DNA of 64,000 nucleotides from Tricharina praecox (Eukaryota): NCBI RefSeq assembly GCF_024521635.1, contig NW_026250411.1, positions 62,001 to 126,000 of the forward strand, read 5' to 3'. Shown piece by piece: positions 61,111 to 64,000 of this stretch (position 1 is its first letter; each line of letters starts with the position of its first letter). The notes under the pieces were generated by a model. It saw only the letters and a program-made list of their open reading frames with translations, ran no database searches and was not told where the DNA came from. The position numbers and the translations under genes were made by a program.

Positions 61111-62173
61111 ATGGTAGCTCCCGCGCCCGCGCCCCGCCCCGTCCGCCGCCGCTCGCTCTCCCGGTAACTACTCTGCTTACCGTAGTCACTCCCCCCTCCG
61201 AGCTATCTGACTGACCGATACCCTTAGCCGCCGCGCACGAACCGATAGTAACGTCTTGGACCACCTCGACGACGATCTCCCGCGATCACTGCGTCGCCAA
61301 CCAGGCAACCAACCGCACGATCGACCGCATCAAGTCGCCCGCCATGGCCATAGTAGTAGTAGCGGCGGCTACTTCGAGCACCGGCCCACAGCCGCAGTTA
61401 CGGTAGCCGCGCCGGCACCTGCGCCGGCACCTGCGCCCGCCCCGCCAGAGGAACCTGCACTAGCCGCAGCCGGCGGACTCCTCTCGTCGCTTACCGCACC
61501 GCTATTCAAGCTATGGGCCGGCAGCGGCGAGACGACGCCCGCTTCCATCGTGACTCCAGTCGAAGTCGCAGCTCCAGTTCTGGCTCTGGCGCCCCCAGCT
61601 CCGCCCCAACCAGCTGCGCCCGCTTCCAAGCAGCTGCAGCGACGCAATGATCCCCGCCGCACCCACTCCGACAGCCAAGCGCTAACGGTAATCTCGGCCG
61701 AGCCCCCCGAACCCGAGGCAACAGGCATCATGAGCTACCTCCCGGCACTCCCAAAGCTTCCCTCTATCCTTTCCAAGCCCAAACCCGAGGCACCCCCCCA
61801 GCTGAGCCAGGAAGCACTCGACACCATCGTGCGGTATCTAGCGGTGCACACGGAGCACGCGATGGACCCATTGTCCTGCAAGCTCAAGAAGCGCTGTAAG
61901 CACGATGCCGAGCGGCTGATGTTGGCGATGAGCCCTGCCGCCGTGGGGAGTCTCCATGCGTTCCTGGTCGTGGTCAAGCGCGCGCCGGAAACGCCCATCG
62001 GGTTCGATCCGGCCATGTTGATACGGTATACCCGCGGGGACCGCAAGGCGCTGGATACGCTGGTCTGTGCGCTGGCTGATGTGCTGCGGGGTCTTGCGGG
62101 AGTGCTGGAAGGGGGGTTTACAGTGCCCGGTGGATGGGTAGGTGGTGAAGAGGAGTCACGTGTAGCTAAGTAG
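61111..62173 (+). CDS. Hypothetical Pro/Ala-rich protein with helical C-terminal domain (5' end uncertain)
   Basis: Exon 61111-61163 splices in phase (GTAACT..CTGAC..TTAG) to 61228-62173. The frame stays open upstream to about 60931, so further 5' exons are possible. Confidence 0.6.
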
Positions 62174-62283
62174 GAGGATGTAGTTGTCAATCCATTCGTC
62201 ATTTTTATACACACCTCATCCAAACACGCGCACGTCCCTCCCCCCCGCACCCCGCATTTCCACATCTTTCAAACATATTTTAT

Positions 62284-62881
62284 TCATGAAACGCCCTCCC
62301 ACGATCCCCTCTCCGCCGCTTGCGCACCTTCCCCGCGTCCATACGCCAATATCCTATCCACAACACTCTTCACCACCTCCCGCTCCTTCTTCCACCTCTC
62401 CTTCCCCCCATGCCCCGTCAACGCCACCATCTCCAAGTCCGCAGGCACCGTTATCACGCCCTCCCTCACCAGTCTCGCGACCCTCTTCAGACTCTCCCTC
62501 TCCATCTCGTCAAACTTCGGCCTAAGCTCCCTATCCGCGCGTCGCAGCCGATGTCGATTCCTTATCCTTCACCCTCTTTCATCAACCACCACCACCCACT
62601 TTTTCCACCCATGGGGAGACGCATGTAAGCACCTACCTATCGAAACTCCTCCCCATCCCGACGAGACGGAACACGCTCGCCGCCGCAAGCGAGATCACGC
62701 CGTGCTGAGCGTCCTGCCGCGTATTGAACTTCTCTGCCAGAGTGCCCTTGGGCGGGATCTGCACCCGCGTGCTGCGGTGTGCGGTGTGGTGTTGGTGGTG
62801 GTGGTGCCCGAGCAGGTCCATGTATGAGTGGTCGTCGTTGGGGGTGGGGTCCAGGTCGTGGTCGGGGGAGCTGAAGCACAT
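62284..62881 (-). CDS. Hypothetical small protein with His-rich N-terminus
   Basis: Exons 62881-62637 and 62521-62284 join in frame through GTAGGT..TTAG: ...GRSFDRPKFDEMERESLKRV... Confidence 0.65.
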
Positions 62882-63394
62882 CGTCTTCTGCTGTCTTCAG
62901 TCGTGCTTCTTCTTCAATCGGGGTGGGATGGGGTGGGATGGGTGCGCGTGGGATGGGGGGGGCGCATGGTGGTTGGGTGGATGGAGGGTTAGAGGTTGAA
63001 TGGATGGTTGGAAGGTTGGACGGGTGGACGGGTGTATGGACGGACAGGATGTACACACAAACCTACATACCCATCAAGGTTATGCTACCGATCACCGTGG
63101 ATGTGTGACCGGTTCGCAATCCCGATTCCGTCGAAGTTAGACGTAATCTGGATCGGGCGGCGTGCTCGTGCGCGTGCGCGGAAGTAGGTAGTAGGAGGCA
63201 GTGGGTGGCGAAAGGTTGGACAATGGACAATGGACAATGGAAACGGAGACGTTAATAATGCGACTGCCCTCCACCGCCGCGGCGGGGAGGTACCATGACT
63301 GTGACTGTATGGGACTGTGTGTGAGTGTGAGCGTGAGCGGGTGTGACGTCGTTCATACATAACATACTTCGTACATAACATACACTCATCCGTC

Positions 63395-63466
63395 TAGACT
63401 CTGGTTGGGCTCTGGTTAGACTCTGGTTGGGCTCTGGTTAGACTCTGGTTGGGCTCTGGTTAGACT
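63395..63466. repeat. Perfect 22-bp tandem repeat x3.3 (two related 11-mers)
   Basis: (tagactctggttgggctctggt)3 followed by tagact. Confidence 0.92.
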
Positions 63467-64000
63467 TCGGTGGGATGAGTCGAGAATCGATGCAGATCGA
63501 TGCAAAGTGGCGTCGGCCCGGACGGCTCGGAGGAGAATGGGGGGTGGGGTGAGGTGGGGTGGGTGGGGTGGGTATTTGCACTTGTTTGACTTTTGACTTC
63601 CGTTCAAAACGAGGGGGGAGGGGGTCAATGGATATTTGGCTTCTACTCGAGTAGAGTCTACATCTGCTGTGCAGTGTGAGCTCTGCCGGTGGCGGAATGG
63701 ACATCGCGAGATATTCTACCGTACGTATTAGCTATCACGGAGGGGCTATCACGGAGGAGCCATTCAAGTTTCGCCCCAAGCCCAAGCTCAAGCTCGAGCT
63801 CGAGCAGCTCGCACTGCACGGCGTACCTAAGACCGAAAACCCAAAACCGAAGGCCGAAGGCCCAAGCGTGCACTCGCCAGTCGCCAGCTGCCACAGGAAG
63901 ATCCGTGCTTACATACGCAATCCGAGCACCGAACTTAAGCTACCGGTACCGGTGTCGAGCGGTTGGGCTTTGTTATCCTATCAGATACACTCGACGCACG

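Noticed and set aside
63395..63466. Telomeric repeat or CRISPR
   Set aside because: The 22-bp unit is not TTAGGG and has no spacers; it is an ordinary minisatellite.
1..64000. Intact transposon, Starship captain, rRNA or snRNA genes
   Set aside because: No transposase, reverse transcriptase or tyrosine recombinase ORF, no LTR/TIR pairs and no recognisable rRNA or snRNA sequence were seen.

Overview
Eukaryotic, intron-containing DNA from a filamentous ascomycete (inferred from GT-AG introns of about 50-120 nt with CTRAC/CTAAC branch sites and from gene content; Pezizomycotina, possibly Pezizomycetes). The window holds about 23 protein-coding genes. Housekeeping genes: a tandem-BRCT protein, DUF1754/FAM32A-like, RPL1, an Smr-domain protein, APRT, RPL22, a HAD-IIA hydrolase, MCM2, BRAP2/ETP1 and KTI12. 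Metabolic and transport genes: MFS, FAD monooxygenase, FAH-family, AhpD/CMD-like, NCS1 permease and indoleamine 2,3-dioxygenase. There are also several orphans. Eight intron-containing tRNA genes are dispersed through the window, all from two isoacceptors (5x Phe-GAA, 3x Pro-CGG), and two direct-orientation Phe copies bracket the monooxygenase gene. Most notable observations: (1) a 40-codon cationic, aromatic microprotein gene missing from the ORF track, with its own TATA box, CRE site and 5'UTR intron (44972-45094); (2) a probable fungal HEIP1/REDIC1 meiotic crossover factor (3097-5220); (3) the local tRNA arrays; (4) a membrane-tethered expansin-like DPBB protein whose barrel is split by a roughly 80-aa insert; (5) an Smr nuclease ending in a CaaX box. 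No CRISPR array, rRNA or intact transposon was seen. Family assignments come from motif recognition by eye, not from database searches.
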